IMG/VR virus record: IMGVR_UViG_3300025647_000026
Coordinates: 1-64,000 of that record
Strand: one strand, 5' to 3'
Length of the DNA stretch: 64,000 nt
Source: a virus
The translations under genes were made by a program, and so were the position numbers. This document shows, piece by piece, positions 10,870 through 21,049 of this stretch (positions within the stretch are counted from its first letter, which is position 1; each line of letters begins with the position of its first letter). The notes beneath the pieces were generated by a model that was not told the DNA's origin, did no database searches, and was given only the letters and a program-made list of their open reading frames with translations.

Positions 10870-10885
10870 TATTATATTTGTACCT

Positions 10886-11149
10886 ATGAATCCGATAGAG
10901 TTAAAATCAAATAAACTAATTACGTTTGCGGACTATACGTATTTAATGCCTATTTTGCTTGACTTAATTAAGCTAGCCACAGATAGTCATTCGCCTTCGC
11001 AATATACTTACATTCAAGCGCAAGCTTTAGCTGCTACTACAACTGCCGCTAGCGACCCTCTAATAATTTTTGTTTCAACAGCAGGTGGTACAATATTTAC
11101 TTCTGTTGGATTCTGGGGTTGGGATAAAACTAATTGGATTCAATTTTAA
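10886..11149 (+). CDS. Small virion protein sharing an N-terminal module with 12438..13499
   Basis: MNPIELKSNKLIT...TYLMPILLDLIKLAT vs MNPISLETQRLVT...TYLRPILNDLITLAT. Confidence 0.55.
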   Translation: MNPIELKSNKLITFADYTYLMPILLDLIKLATDSHSPSQYTYIQAQALAATTTAASDPLIIFVSTAGGTIFTSVGFWGWDKTNWIQF

Positions 11150-11160
11150 TAATATAATAT

Positions 11161-12402
11161 ATGCCAACATTCGTAGAAAGAACACCTAGACTATTTGATT
11201 CTAGTAATTTAAGCCCTTTTGGGGATTTAGTAACAAGTGAGCAAATACCATTGCTTCAATTTGACTTTGTTTATGGAATATTAAATCAGTCAGGCAATAC
11301 CGCAGCAACGGGAACGGGAGCAGTAGTCGATACTAACTTAGCTAGGCTAAGGGCACAATCAGGCATAACTCCTACAACGGGAACTGCTCTATTCACTTCT
11401 GTTAAACCCGCAAGATATAAGGCAGGAGAAGGAATAACTGCTAGGTTTACTACTGTATTTGGTAGCCCTAAAGCTGGTAACGTACAAGAAATAGGTGCAG
11501 GTACAACTGAAAATGGATATTTCTATGGTTTTAATGGTACTTCTTTCGGTATTCTTTATAGGAACAGTTCTTCAGGAAGCCTAGTAGAAACATGGATTCC
11601 TCAAACAGATTGGAATGGCGATAAAGCCGATGGTACTGGTGCTAGTCTTTTTAATTGGAATCCATTTTTCGGTAATGTGTGCATGATTAGATATGCTTTC
11701 TTAGGTTTTGGTGATGTAAACTTCTTTGTACAAGATTCTTTGTCGGGCAGGTTTATATTAGTTCATACTATTAGATATGCTAACAGTTCGGCAAATGTAC
11801 AATTGTCTAATCCTACTCTAGGGTTTTGGGTTAGATGTGCTAATACTGGAGGCAATACTTCTAATGTTACTTTATATGTAGGTTCTGTTGGGTTCTTTAT
11901 GAACGGTCTTAGGGAATATACTAATGGTAGGTTCTCTGCTGATTCAGCTAAATCAGGGGTAACAACCGAAACAAATATTTTAACTATTAAGAACGCTACT
12001 ACTTTTAATGGCATTACTAATAAAGGAGTAGTAAAGCTAGAATCAGTTTCTTTTGGTGGTAACGTAAATGGTGTAAATCCTAGTGGTTATGCTTTATTAA
12101 AAATAAAGAAAGATGTTACGCTAGGCGGAACTCCTAATTTTACTCCTATAAGCGGAACTACTTCTAATAATGGCGCAACCATTACTAATGGGCAATCATT
12201 AGCAAGTATAGATATAGCAGGAACTACCATAACAGGCGGTGTTCCTTATTTTTCTATTTCTGCTAATATGAATAATGGGTATCAAGTTGATTTAAGCCCT
12301 TATAATATTTTTATATTGCCAACAGAAACTATTACCGTATCAATTTATTGTAGTAATTCAGCTTTAGCTTTTGCTTCGTTTAATTGGGTAGAAGATATTT
12401 AA
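11161..12402 (+). CDS. Virion beta-sandwich/lectin-like structural protein
   Basis: 413 aa, G/T/N/S-rich; inside the fibre cluster. Confidence 0.55.
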   Translation: MPTFVERTPRLFDSSNLSPFGDLVTSEQIPLLQFDFVYGILNQSGNTAATGTGAVVDTNLARLRAQSGITPTTGTALFTSVKPARYKAGEGITARFTTVFGSPKAGNVQEIGAGTTENGYFYGFNGTSFGILYRNSSSGSLVETWIPQTDWNGDKADGTGASLFNWNPFFGNVCMIRYAFLGFGDVNFFVQDSLSGRFILVHTIRYANSSANVQLSNPTLGFWVRCANTGGNTSNVTLYVGSVGFFMNGLREYTNGRFSADSAKSGVTTETNILTIKNATTFNGITNKGVVKLESVSFGGNVNGVNPSGYALLKIKKDVTLGGTPNFTPISGTTSNNGATITNGQSLASIDIAGTTITGGVPYFSISANMNNGYQVDLSPYNIFILPTETITVSIYCSNSALAFASFNWVEDI

Positions 12403-12408
12403 TATTTA

Positions 12409-12440
12409 ATTGATTAAAATAATATTATATTTGTACCATG
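12409..12440 (+). repeat. 32-bp promoter repeat ATTGATTAAAATAATATTATATTTGTACCATG (copy at 13559-13590; 24-bp core at 10861-10884)
   Basis: Exact repeats read from the sequence; each contains TATATTTG just before the start codon. Confidence 0.85.
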
Positions 12441-13499
12441 AATCCAATCTCACTAGAAACGCAAAGGTTAGTAACCAATGCCGAAAATACTTATTTAAGA
12501 CCAATCTTAAATGATTTAATTACCCTTGCAACTGCTACTTCCCCTTTACAGGAAACCATAAATGATACTATAGTAATGACTGGCACAACAGCAGCCACTA
12601 CCACTACATTCCTTGTTTTTGGTTATAACGTAATTAAAAACGCTACTGCAACCAATTATGCTTGCAGATTGCCTAACCCCCCTAAAAAAGGAATGAGTAC
12701 TACTATTGTTAATACGAGTGGAGTGCCAGTCGTAATATATCCTAGTGTTACAGGAGGTTCAATCAATGGAGTAGTTAATGGAAGTGCTTTAGTACCTGCT
12801 GACGGAAAACCTTATGTTTTCTTCTGCTACGAAAACCCACTCCCAGGGGCTTGGACTTGGACTCCGCCCGCAACTGGACAATACGACAGTGGGGAAATAA
12901 TTTTAACACAAGCAAGTACTGCTGGCAGAATAAGTGTAGTTAACAATTCTTTTATAGAATATAACGCAGCTAACTCCGCATCTAATAGCATTGCAGATAA
13001 TGGGAAGGGTAAAGCTCTTATTTTAGCAGTTACAAGCGAGGGGATATGGTTTAAGCCTAGTTCGTTTTGGAATAATATTACTAAAATTAAAGTTTATACA
13101 AACAACGCAGTTAATATTAGTACTGTAAATGTAAAAATATCTTCGCAAATTACATATTATAACATATCTACAGGTGCAGTAACAGGAAACGGAGCAGGTC
13201 TGGCTGGTGATATAATTTCCACCGCTGATATAAACTCTTCTGTTAGCGGTACGTTTGTTCCTGTAACAACAGACCGCTCTGCGTTTGCAGGAAGCGAAGG
13301 CTCTTTATATAAAGAAATTTCAGTTACTCCTATTGCTGGCGTTCAAGGTACTATTGGAGATAAATATCTAGGGCAAATATCTGTATCAGGAACTCTTAGA
13401 GACGCTTGGCAAGTAGGCTATATAAAGTTTCTTTTTAATCCAAACGCTACTATTGACGGAGCAAATACTAGAATTAGATTTTTTATAGAATATAACTAA
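12438..13499 (+). CDS. Fibre/decoration protein
   Basis: Beta-rich, with the shared N-terminal module. Confidence 0.55.
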   Translation: MNPISLETQRLVTNAENTYLRPILNDLITLATATSPLQETINDTIVMTGTTAATTTTFLVFGYNVIKNATATNYACRLPNPPKKGMSTTIVNTSGVPVVIYPSVTGGSINGVVNGSALVPADGKPYVFFCYENPLPGAWTWTPPATGQYDSGEIILTQASTAGRISVVNNSFIEYNAANSASNSIADNGKGKALILAVTSEGIWFKPSSFWNNITKIKVYTNNAVNISTVNVKISSQITYYNISTGAVTGNGAGLAGDIISTADINSSVSGTFVPVTTDRSAFAGSEGSLYKEISVTPIAGVQGTIGDKYLGQISVSGTLRDAWQVGYIKFLFNPNATIDGANTRIRFFIEYN

Positions 13500-13509
13500 T
13501 TAAATAATA

Positions 13510-13545
13510 AAAAAGCCTCTCTACAAATACTAGAGGGGCTTTTTA
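13510..13545 (+). terminator. Intrinsic terminator (bidirectional)
   Basis: AAAAGCCTCTCTA-CAAATAC-TAGAGGGGCTTTTT. Confidence 0.8.
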
Positions 13546-13587
13546 ATTAAAAAAGAATATTGATTAAAATAATATTATATTTGTACC

Positions 13588-14910
13588 ATGCCAAGCACAT
13601 TTACACTTCCTACTCCAGAAGCAGGGAAGGAACTAACAATAATAGACTTTGCCACTAGCCAAGCACAAATACAAGCGGCTATCAGAGCCTTACAAGATGC
13701 TTCTACAAGTAGTGGAAGTGTAACTTCTATTTCAGAAGTTGATTCTGATACTAATGCTGATTTTCTTAATGTAAGTATAGCTAATCCTACTACTGCTCCT
13801 GTAATTACTTTTACTAAAGTTGCTACAGCTGCTAATCTTATTTATGCAAGTGCAGTTTCTTCGGGTTCTGCTAAGCCTACAATGAGAGCAATGGTAGCAG
13901 CAGACTTACCAACAGTACCTTACGGTAAAGGTGGTAATGGACTTACTACATTAGGGACTGCTTATCAAATGCTTAGAGCAAATAGTGCTGCTACTGCAAA
14001 CGAATGGTTTACAATGGTTGCAGGAAGTAATAAAGTTACTTTAACTCCAAGTAGTGGTACACCTAATAAACTTACAATAGATGTTGACCCAACTAAAATA
14101 GAAATAAATACTTTAGCAGCAACTGCCCCTTTAGATATTAATAAAGGAGGAACAGGAGCAGCAACAGCACAATTAGCTATAAATGCCTTAACAGCAGTAG
14201 TGAGCGCTACTATTGGAGATGTTCTTACTAAGGTAGGCTCTGCGGTTGCATGGGCTGCTCAGTCGGTTGGAATTGTAACATTAAATGGATTAACAGGAAC
14301 TTCGGTAACTATTGGAGCTGACGATATTGTAGCAGGCGCTACTAATAAGTGGTATACCGCAACAGAAATAGCGGCAATGGCGGCAAACACAGCAAAGGTT
14401 ACTAACGCTACTCACACAGGCGATGTTACGGGAAGTGGTGCTTTAACAATAGCTGCTAATGCGGTTACTTATGCTAAAATGCAAGCAGTAAGCGCTACTA
14501 AAAGTTTATTAGGAAGAATTACCGCAGGTGCAGGAAGCACAGAAGAAATAGCAATTAGCGGTAACTTAGCAATGAGTGCTACTGACCTAATTGTTAGAAC
14601 TTCTAAAGTAAAAACTATTACAGCTAATTATAGTGTACCTATTACAGAAGGAACTGTTTTAGTAAATGGCTCAAGTTTAACAATAACATTACCTGATACA
14701 GGTAGTATTTCACTATCAGTTGGCGATGAATTTATAATTAAAAACATAGCAGGAGCTACAAATAATTCGTTGGTAGTATTTAACGCTGGTATTGAAGAAA
14801 TAGATGGTTCGGCTACCTATGCTGGTTTAAACTTAGCCTACAACTGTGTTACCGTTAAATTTGGTGGTTCAAACAGATGGTATATAATGAATAAAATAAC
14901 AACAGGATAG
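13588..14910 (+). CDS. Tail fibre protein
   Basis: KGGTGA and THTGDVTGSGALTIAANAVTYAKMQ fibre-shaft motifs; fibre-like C-terminal knob. Confidence 0.7.
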   Translation: MPSTFTLPTPEAGKELTIIDFATSQAQIQAAIRALQDASTSSGSVTSISEVDSDTNADFLNVSIANPTTAPVITFTKVATAANLIYASAVSSGSAKPTMRAMVAADLPTVPYGKGGNGLTTLGTAYQMLRANSAATANEWFTMVAGSNKVTLTPSSGTPNKLTIDVDPTKIEINTLAATAPLDINKGGTGAATAQLAINALTAVVSATIGDVLTKVGSAVAWAAQSVGIVTLNGLTGTSVTIGADDIVAGATNKWYTATEIAAMAANTAKVTNATHTGDVTGSGALTIAANAVTYAKMQAVSATKSLLGRITAGAGSTEEIAISGNLAMSATDLIVRTSKVKTITANYSVPITEGTVLVNGSSLTITLPDTGSISLSVGDEFIIKNIAGATNNSLVVFNAGIEEIDGSATYAGLNLAYNCVTVKFGGSNRWYIMNKITTG

Positions 14911-14912
14911 TA

Positions 14913-15776
14913 ATGGCAACAGATATAATTATTTCTTATGACAAGAATACAAACGAAACAATTAGCGTTTCTGATAGTACGGACTATGCTACACTTGGTG
15001 TTAATATTTCCGCTATTAATGGTATTAGGTATTTATTTGCTACTTATAATAGTATTCTCAATGCTTCAGCAGTTGCTTCTTTATTAGCTAATACTGAATA
15101 TATTGTTGTTAGCGGTTCTTTTGTTCTTAATGGAACTACTTACGTTGCTAACGATATGTTTGTAGTACACGCTGACTTTACGCTACCTACAAGTGGTGTT
15201 GTAGTTAATACTACTGGCTATTATTGTTTGCCTAACTTAACTATTCCTTACAGCCAAATTACTAGCGTATATACTCCTAGCACTATTGGCGAAGCAGATG
15301 TTTACTTTCAAGATGACTTTAGGTATGTTCGTTACGATATTTTTAATACAGTTTATAATAGTGGCGATTTACTTTCAGATGGCGTTTGCTTAGTGCAAGG
15401 TACTTTAGGTAGTTCTATAATAGTTAATTCTACCGCTACTTATTATGTAGGGCAAACCTTTACAGCAGTTGCTAACGATGATTTTGTTGCCACAGGTACT
15501 GCTTATGTAGTAGCTTTTTTAGATACATCTACTTCTGCGTTTTGGACTGACGCTAATGCTACCGATATAATGAAAACTTATAACGATTCACTAGCTAATA
15601 GTACTTATAATGTAAGCGAAGATTTTAGAGCAAATTATATTAAAGCAGTTACTTGCTTATCAATGCCTTATATACAATCTTTTACAGGTGCTACTTATAG
15701 CGCAAGTGATATTCAGAATAACCTTGATTATATTAATTCAGTACTAACCGATAATAAAAATATACGCAATGCTTAG
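14913..15776 (+). CDS. Virion protein (fibre-docking/hub-like), probable paralog of 26804..27682
   Basis: Similar length and shared motifs (D-x-T near the N-terminus, TGYY, YxxGxTFTA, helical C-terminus). Confidence 0.5.
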   Translation: MATDIIISYDKNTNETISVSDSTDYATLGVNISAINGIRYLFATYNSILNASAVASLLANTEYIVVSGSFVLNGTTYVANDMFVVHADFTLPTSGVVVNTTGYYCLPNLTIPYSQITSVYTPSTIGEADVYFQDDFRYVRYDIFNTVYNSGDLLSDGVCLVQGTLGSSIIVNSTATYYVGQTFTAVANDDFVATGTAYVVAFLDTSTSAFWTDANATDIMKTYNDSLANSTYNVSEDFRANYIKAVTCLSMPYIQSFTGATYSASDIQNNLDYINSVLTDNKNIRNA

Positions 15777-15999
15777 ACCACGATATGCAACCACTTTTAA
15801 AACTATTACTAACAAGATACTTTCAAGCGAAGGTTTGGCTACAACTGACTACACAAGAGGAAAGAATAAACCTAGCACCCTTATTTCTTTTTATCCTTTT
15901 ATTAGTTTATCTATTGTGGATTCTCTTATTTCAAGTGATACCGATACCGTTTCGATGAATAATAATTTAGACTTTTTACTAACACAATGGCAATATTAA
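15769..15999 (+). CDS. Hypothetical protein
   Basis: Coupled ORF in the structural operon. Confidence 0.5.
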   Translation: MLRPRYATTFKTITNKILSSEGLATTDYTRGKNKPSTLISFYPFISLSIVDSLISSDTDTVSMNNNLDFLLTQWQY

Positions 16000-16000
16000 T

Positions 16001-16384
16001 ATGACTATACTTAAAACACCAATACCCCAATCCGTAATGGATTCCCTTAGCGATTATATCGCTAATAATTCACCTTTAAAATTTGATGCAAATAATACTG
16101 CCACAGGTACTACTTCTGCTACTTTAAATACTGATAGCGGTGTTGTAGTTTATACTACTGCTATTCCTACTGCTATTCCTAAAGCCTATACTTTAACTAA
16201 TAGCAAAGTAAAATCTACTAGCAAAGTTTCGTGGAGTCTTATTTATTCTCCACTAGCAGACGAAGCAATTGTGCCTTGTTACTATCAAGTACAAGCAGGA
16301 GCAATAGTTTTTTGGATAGGAATGCTAGGAGGTACTGTATCGGACTCTAGTATTGAAATTGATTTTCAAATATTAAACCCATAA
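16001..16384 (+). CDS. Small structural protein
   Basis: SATLNTDSGVV...YTLTNSKVKSTS beta-domain. Confidence 0.5.
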   Translation: MTILKTPIPQSVMDSLSDYIANNSPLKFDANNTATGTTSATLNTDSGVVVYTTAIPTAIPKAYTLTNSKVKSTSKVSWSLIYSPLADEAIVPCYYQVQAGAIVFWIGMLGGTVSDSSIEIDFQILNP

Positions 16385-16455
16385 CCAACAACAAACATTA
16401 AATTATCAGCTAGTACTAATTGGAAGTTAGTACTAGCTTAATAAAAACAAACATT

Positions 16456-16845
16456 ATGCTTACAGAACAAGAATTAAAAGAATTACCCAAACTTAGCTTA
16501 GATTTTCAAATAAAAATTAAAGAATGGGATAGACTATTCTCAATTGTAAAAAAAAGCCACTCTTTAAGCACTTATATGACTATTTATAAACAAAAAAAGT
16601 CTTGGCAAGATGAGATAGATAAGTCGCCTTTTACCATTCGTAGTAAACATGAAGATGAAGATGCACGAGCGCAGTCCGAAACTAGCTTAAAAATAATCAA
16701 ACTATTACCTGATTTAGATACTGATTTAGAAAAGCTTTATATCAAAATGACTACCGATGAAAAAACAGAAGTAGAAAGAGTAAAGGCAGGAGAAGCAGAA
16801 AATATTTTAGCATTACATTTAAAAGCAAATGGCGAAAAAGCATAG
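16456..16845 (+). CDS. Candidate terminase small subunit
   Basis: Helical ~129-aa protein overlapping the TerL start; ATG at 16456 preferred over the upstream TTG. Confidence 0.4.
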   Translation: MLTEQELKELPKLSLDFQIKIKEWDRLFSIVKKSHSLSTYMTIYKQKKSWQDEIDKSPFTIRSKHEDEDARAQSETSLKIIKLLPDLDTDLEKLYIKMTTDEKTEVERVKAGEAENILALHLKANGEKA

Positions 16846-18829
16846 TGTAGAATTATTTGGAACGCAAGGCGAAAAAGGCGAAAGCGATATAGAGCCTAAA
16901 AATATGTTCTACGAATGCCCAGAGCCTTTTGAACCCGTATATAACAAAGATTTACCAAAGAAGCAACAAAAGTGGGAAAGACCTAAAGACCCTAACTTTA
17001 GCCACATGACTGTTGAAGAAAAACAAAATTATCAGTTAAAGGAACTATTTAGGTTAGAGAATGGATTTCACTTTTATAACAATGGTGAGTTAGTTTATCT
17101 TACGGGTTCTCATTACGGGTTCTTGAAGCACTGGGATTTAGGCGGGAGTACTTACCCTAGTTATAGGTGGAGTCACGCTCAATTGGCTTATATTCAAGAT
17201 ATTTGTAAAAAAGATGACAATTGTTATGGTTTAGTAGCTTACACTCAAAAACGTTGGGGAAAATCGGAAATGATTCCTTCTCGTATGCTTTTTGATAGCT
17301 TATTAAGACCTAAAGCAAGTTATTTCTTACAAGCAACCAAAGACGACAAGGCACAGTCTTTATTCCAAAGAACATTAAATGCGTTCCTTTCTTTAGGAAA
17401 CTCCCTACCTTATATTTATCAACATACCTATAAGAATGATACTATATTCTTTCGCCAGAATCAAACAATTAAAAGAAGTTCAGACAAAGTAACTTTTAAA
17501 GACGGTAACTATACTCGCATTGAAGCATTGCCTAGTAAAATAACCTCTATTCAAGGAGAAAAAATAACAGAATATTTTTTAGATGAATTTAGTAGTCAAG
17601 AACTTATGGATATGGAACAGTTGTTTGGCACACTAATAGCACAAGCAACGCAAGGTACGAAAGATATTATTGGTAAGATTTGGATGGTATCTACTGTTGA
17701 AAATGGTAAAGCTAAAGCTGTTCCTTTTAGTAAAGAGTTGTGGTACGCAAGTGATATTAACAAGAGAAATAAAAACGGTAGAACTCAAAGTGGCTTATAT
17801 CGTATGCTTATTCCTTACTATCTATCAGACCCCTCTTTTATTGACGAGCATGGAAACCCTAAAGTAGAAGAAGCTAAAGCTTACTTTGCTAATATGTGTG
17901 AAGGACTTTCTGACTCTAAAAGGGCATTACTTAAAAGACAGTTTCCCGAAAGAGTTGAAGATATTTTTGATATAAATAGAAGTGGCGGATTAGAAATTGA
18001 TGTTATTGAAACTTTAAGGTTAAGAGAAAAGCAATTAAGGGGTATTAATGCTCCTATGTATAAAGTTCATAGAAATCCTTCCACTAAAGAAATATCTTTA
18101 AACCCTATGGGGAAAGGTGAAGATACTAATGAATTTTCTTGTGAAATATTTGAACAGCCACAAGAACACCATTTATACCGTGTAGGGTTAGATGCTACAA
18201 GTACGGATATTAGCAGTACAAATAAAAATGCTGATGGTTCTGAAAAAGGTAAAACTAAATCTAAGTACGCTCTTGTTATTCATAGAGTAACTGGCGATAA
18301 TCAATATGTAGATGTAGCTAATATTTGCATTAGACCCGATAAAAGAACTATGGTAGAGAAAGCTGCTTTATGGCTATGTATGTATTACAATAAGTTTGGT
18401 GGGCTTAGAACCTATATAGAGAGAAATGCTAGTGCAGGAAGTACTATTACCGATTTATTTGAAGCAGAAGGTCAGCAAAAGTTATTGATAAGGCAGTTAG
18501 TAAAGCACAATACTGATAAATTGCTTGAAAAAAGCGGTAATGCTTACGGAATCTATTTGGACTCAAACAACAAAGAGTACCGTACTTCGGTTATGAATAA
18601 GTATTTAAGGCTATATGGGCATCAAATAAACTCTTTACGAATTGTACAAGATTTATTAATCTATGGTAGTGAGAACTCCGATTTGTCCGATGCTTACGGT
18701 GTAGGCTGTATGGCTTGTGGAAACTTTGACCCCGATACTCAAAATATAGCCAAAGAAAAAGTTAAATCTCAAATGTGGACAAGCAAATATGTCAATGGCG
18801 AGTTTAAATGGGAACTAAAAGAAGGATAG
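16829..18829 (+). CDS. terL: Terminase large subunit
   Basis: Walker A (KRWGKS), Walker B (YFLDE), RNase H-like nuclease (VGLDA...DLSDA); adjacent to the portal. Confidence 0.9.
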   Translation: MAKKHSVELFGTQGEKGESDIEPKNMFYECPEPFEPVYNKDLPKKQQKWERPKDPNFSHMTVEEKQNYQLKELFRLENGFHFYNNGELVYLTGSHYGFLKHWDLGGSTYPSYRWSHAQLAYIQDICKKDDNCYGLVAYTQKRWGKSEMIPSRMLFDSLLRPKASYFLQATKDDKAQSLFQRTLNAFLSLGNSLPYIYQHTYKNDTIFFRQNQTIKRSSDKVTFKDGNYTRIEALPSKITSIQGEKITEYFLDEFSSQELMDMEQLFGTLIAQATQGTKDIIGKIWMVSTVENGKAKAVPFSKELWYASDINKRNKNGRTQSGLYRMLIPYYLSDPSFIDEHGNPKVEEAKAYFANMCEGLSDSKRALLKRQFPERVEDIFDINRSGGLEIDVIETLRLREKQLRGINAPMYKVHRNPSTKEISLNPMGKGEDTNEFSCEIFEQPQEHHLYRVGLDATSTDISSTNKNADGSEKGKTKSKYALVIHRVTGDNQYVDVANICIRPDKRTMVEKAALWLCMYYNKFGGLRTYIERNASAGSTITDLFEAEGQQKLLIRQLVKHNTDKLLEKSGNAYGIYLDSNNKEYRTSVMNKYLRLYGHQINSLRIVQDLLIYGSENSDLSDAYGVGCMACGNFDPDTQNIAKEKVKSQMWTSKYVNGEFKWELKEG

Positions 18830-18869
18830 ATTTTGAAATTATAATGTTTTAACGTAAATTTGCAATGAA

Positions 18870-21032
18870 ATGAAATCGAAATTAATAAATTCAGTTATAT
18901 CAGGAGGAGCTTCTCCTTCAATACAACCTAATCAATCAAATGATAGGAAAGAATGGGAAGGTTCTGATTATGCTAAAAACATTCGATGGATTGTAGGTAC
19001 TTCTTATAACCAACCAATTGTTTCTACTCAAATGAGAGGTGCTATTGGCGACCCTTACGATAGAATAAACACTAGGTTTATAGACCAATATGTATTTGCT
19101 GCTCGTTATATTTACGGTTTGCAGTATAATACTGAATACGAATGGGCTTCTAAAGATGCGACAAATGCTGCTACTCAAATACCAATGTGGCGTGGACTTG
19201 AAATATCTGCTATGTTCCGTTATTTTGATGGAAAGTGCCGCCAACAGTTTAAGCCTTTACCTAAAATATTACAAGCTAATGGTATTAGTGAAGGTATATT
19301 AAGTAGGAAAGCTTTAAAATTAAACGTATTAAAGTCAGTAGTAGATGCTAAAGAGTTTCTATTAGACCAAAAAGAATTAGGTAATATTGAATTAGAAATA
19401 CCTCAAGGGTTAAATATTAACGATGAAATGAATATCCAAAAGTATTTTAAAACTTTTATGGATGACATAGAATCTGCTTATAGAAACTTAGGTAAGGATT
19501 TCTTATACCGTAATCGCTACTTTGATTTATTCCTTAAAGCTGCTCAGTATTGTTTTATTGGTGGGCGTTCTTTAATTAGAATTTACGAAAGTAAAGGTAG
19601 GGTTTATATGAGGGTTGTAGAACCTGAATATGCTATTATTGATATGACTCGTAACGAAGACCATCATATTAACGATGCTTTAGCGGGTGAATTTAAGCCT
19701 TATTCTGTTTCAGATATTGTTGCTAGGTTTGACTTTACTTCAGAAGAAGTAGAGGACTTAGAAGCAATTGCTATGAATACTGGTAATGCACAAGCCCCTT
19801 ACGTTCAAGGTTGGAATTTTATTAATTGGTACTCTAACATGACTACCGTTCCTAAAGTGTGGGTAGCAGACGTTGAATGGCGTTCTATTACTTATATTGA
19901 TGGAGTTCCTGTTGAATGTATTCGTCAAGGGCAATTAATTGGAAATAAATATTTAAGAAACTGTGGTATTAAGCCTAATAGTGTTTCTGATAAAAGAGAT
20001 AAATCAAGACGTAGATTAGATTTTTGTGCCTTTACTCCTTTCACATTACTTGGTAGTAACATGGGTGTAGTAATGCTTGTACATAAAATTCAAGATATGA
20101 AAGATGCTTTAACTACTACTATGCAAGGTATGTTAGCTAGGGCAATGGGTAAAATTCCTTTCGTAGATACATCTCAACTACCTGACTTTATGAAAACTCC
20201 CGATATGCTTGCTATGATGAAACAGCAAGGTATATTAGTAGGGAATAGAACAGAAGTAGAAGCAGGACAAGAAAAGACTAACAAGATGATTGAAATTCTT
20301 GATATGACTGTTGACCCTAATGTTCAATTATACTTAGGTCAATTACAATATTGGGATAACGTACTTGCTGATGTACTTAATATGCCTATACAATCTCGTT
20401 TAGGTTCTTCTAACTACGTTGGTGAAGCTCAATTACAGAACAATATACTTAGTGCCGAAACAGGTACACAATGGCTATACGGTGGTTTAACTACCTTCTT
20501 TCAAGATGTAATATCGTTAGGTGTTGATAAGACTAGATTAGTTCTTGCTGACCAAGATGAAGGAGCATTTAGCTTACAAATAGGTGATACTGCTGCTACA
20601 TTACTTAAAATGGATTCAGTACAAGAAATGCTTAACGATGACTTTGAGATTAGATTTGATTTTGATAGTCAATTAACAGAACAAGTGAAAGCTACATTAT
20701 CTCAAATTACTGTTCAAGAAGCAGGTGTTAACCCTGATGCTAAACGTGAGTTTATTAAGATAATGAGAGCAGAAACTTTAGATAACGTAGAAGAGATACT
20801 TGATAATATGGCTTTATTACGCCAACAAGCTGAACAAGCTGCTATTAAACAACAACAAGATGCTGCTGCTGCTAATTCAGCAATGCAAGCACAAGCCCAA
20901 CAGAATATAGCTGCTACGGGTGCTGCTACAAGTATGCAAAACAAAGAAGAAGAAGGCGACCAAAAGTTAATGCAACAAATGCTTGACCAAGACCACCAAA
21001 AAGAAATGCAACAAGGAGAAATTAAACAATAA
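18870..21032 (+). CDS. Portal protein
   Basis: 720 aa after TerL; Q/A-rich C-terminal barrel typical of P22-type portals. Confidence 0.85.
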   Translation: MKSKLINSVISGGASPSIQPNQSNDRKEWEGSDYAKNIRWIVGTSYNQPIVSTQMRGAIGDPYDRINTRFIDQYVFAARYIYGLQYNTEYEWASKDATNAATQIPMWRGLEISAMFRYFDGKCRQQFKPLPKILQANGISEGILSRKALKLNVLKSVVDAKEFLLDQKELGNIELEIPQGLNINDEMNIQKYFKTFMDDIESAYRNLGKDFLYRNRYFDLFLKAAQYCFIGGRSLIRIYESKGRVYMRVVEPEYAIIDMTRNEDHHINDALAGEFKPYSVSDIVARFDFTSEEVEDLEAIAMNTGNAQAPYVQGWNFINWYSNMTTVPKVWVADVEWRSITYIDGVPVECIRQGQLIGNKYLRNCGIKPNSVSDKRDKSRRRLDFCAFTPFTLLGSNMGVVMLVHKIQDMKDALTTTMQGMLARAMGKIPFVDTSQLPDFMKTPDMLAMMKQQGILVGNRTEVEAGQEKTNKMIEILDMTVDPNVQLYLGQLQYWDNVLADVLNMPIQSRLGSSNYVGEAQLQNNILSAETGTQWLYGGLTTFFQDVISLGVDKTRLVLADQDEGAFSLQIGDTAATLLKMDSVQEMLNDDFEIRFDFDSQLTEQVKATLSQITVQEAGVNPDAKREFIKIMRAETLDNVEEILDNMALLRQQAEQAAIKQQQDAAAANSAMQAQAQQNIAATGAATSMQNKEEEGDQKLMQQMLDQDHQKEMQQGEIKQ

Positions 21033-21049
21033 AAGAAAACAAACAAACA

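Noticed and set aside
18865-18873. ATG-AAA-TGA minigene overlapping the portal start (a similar one at 23943)
   Set aside because: The ATG is only 2 nt after TTTG, probably upstream of the TSS; likely chance
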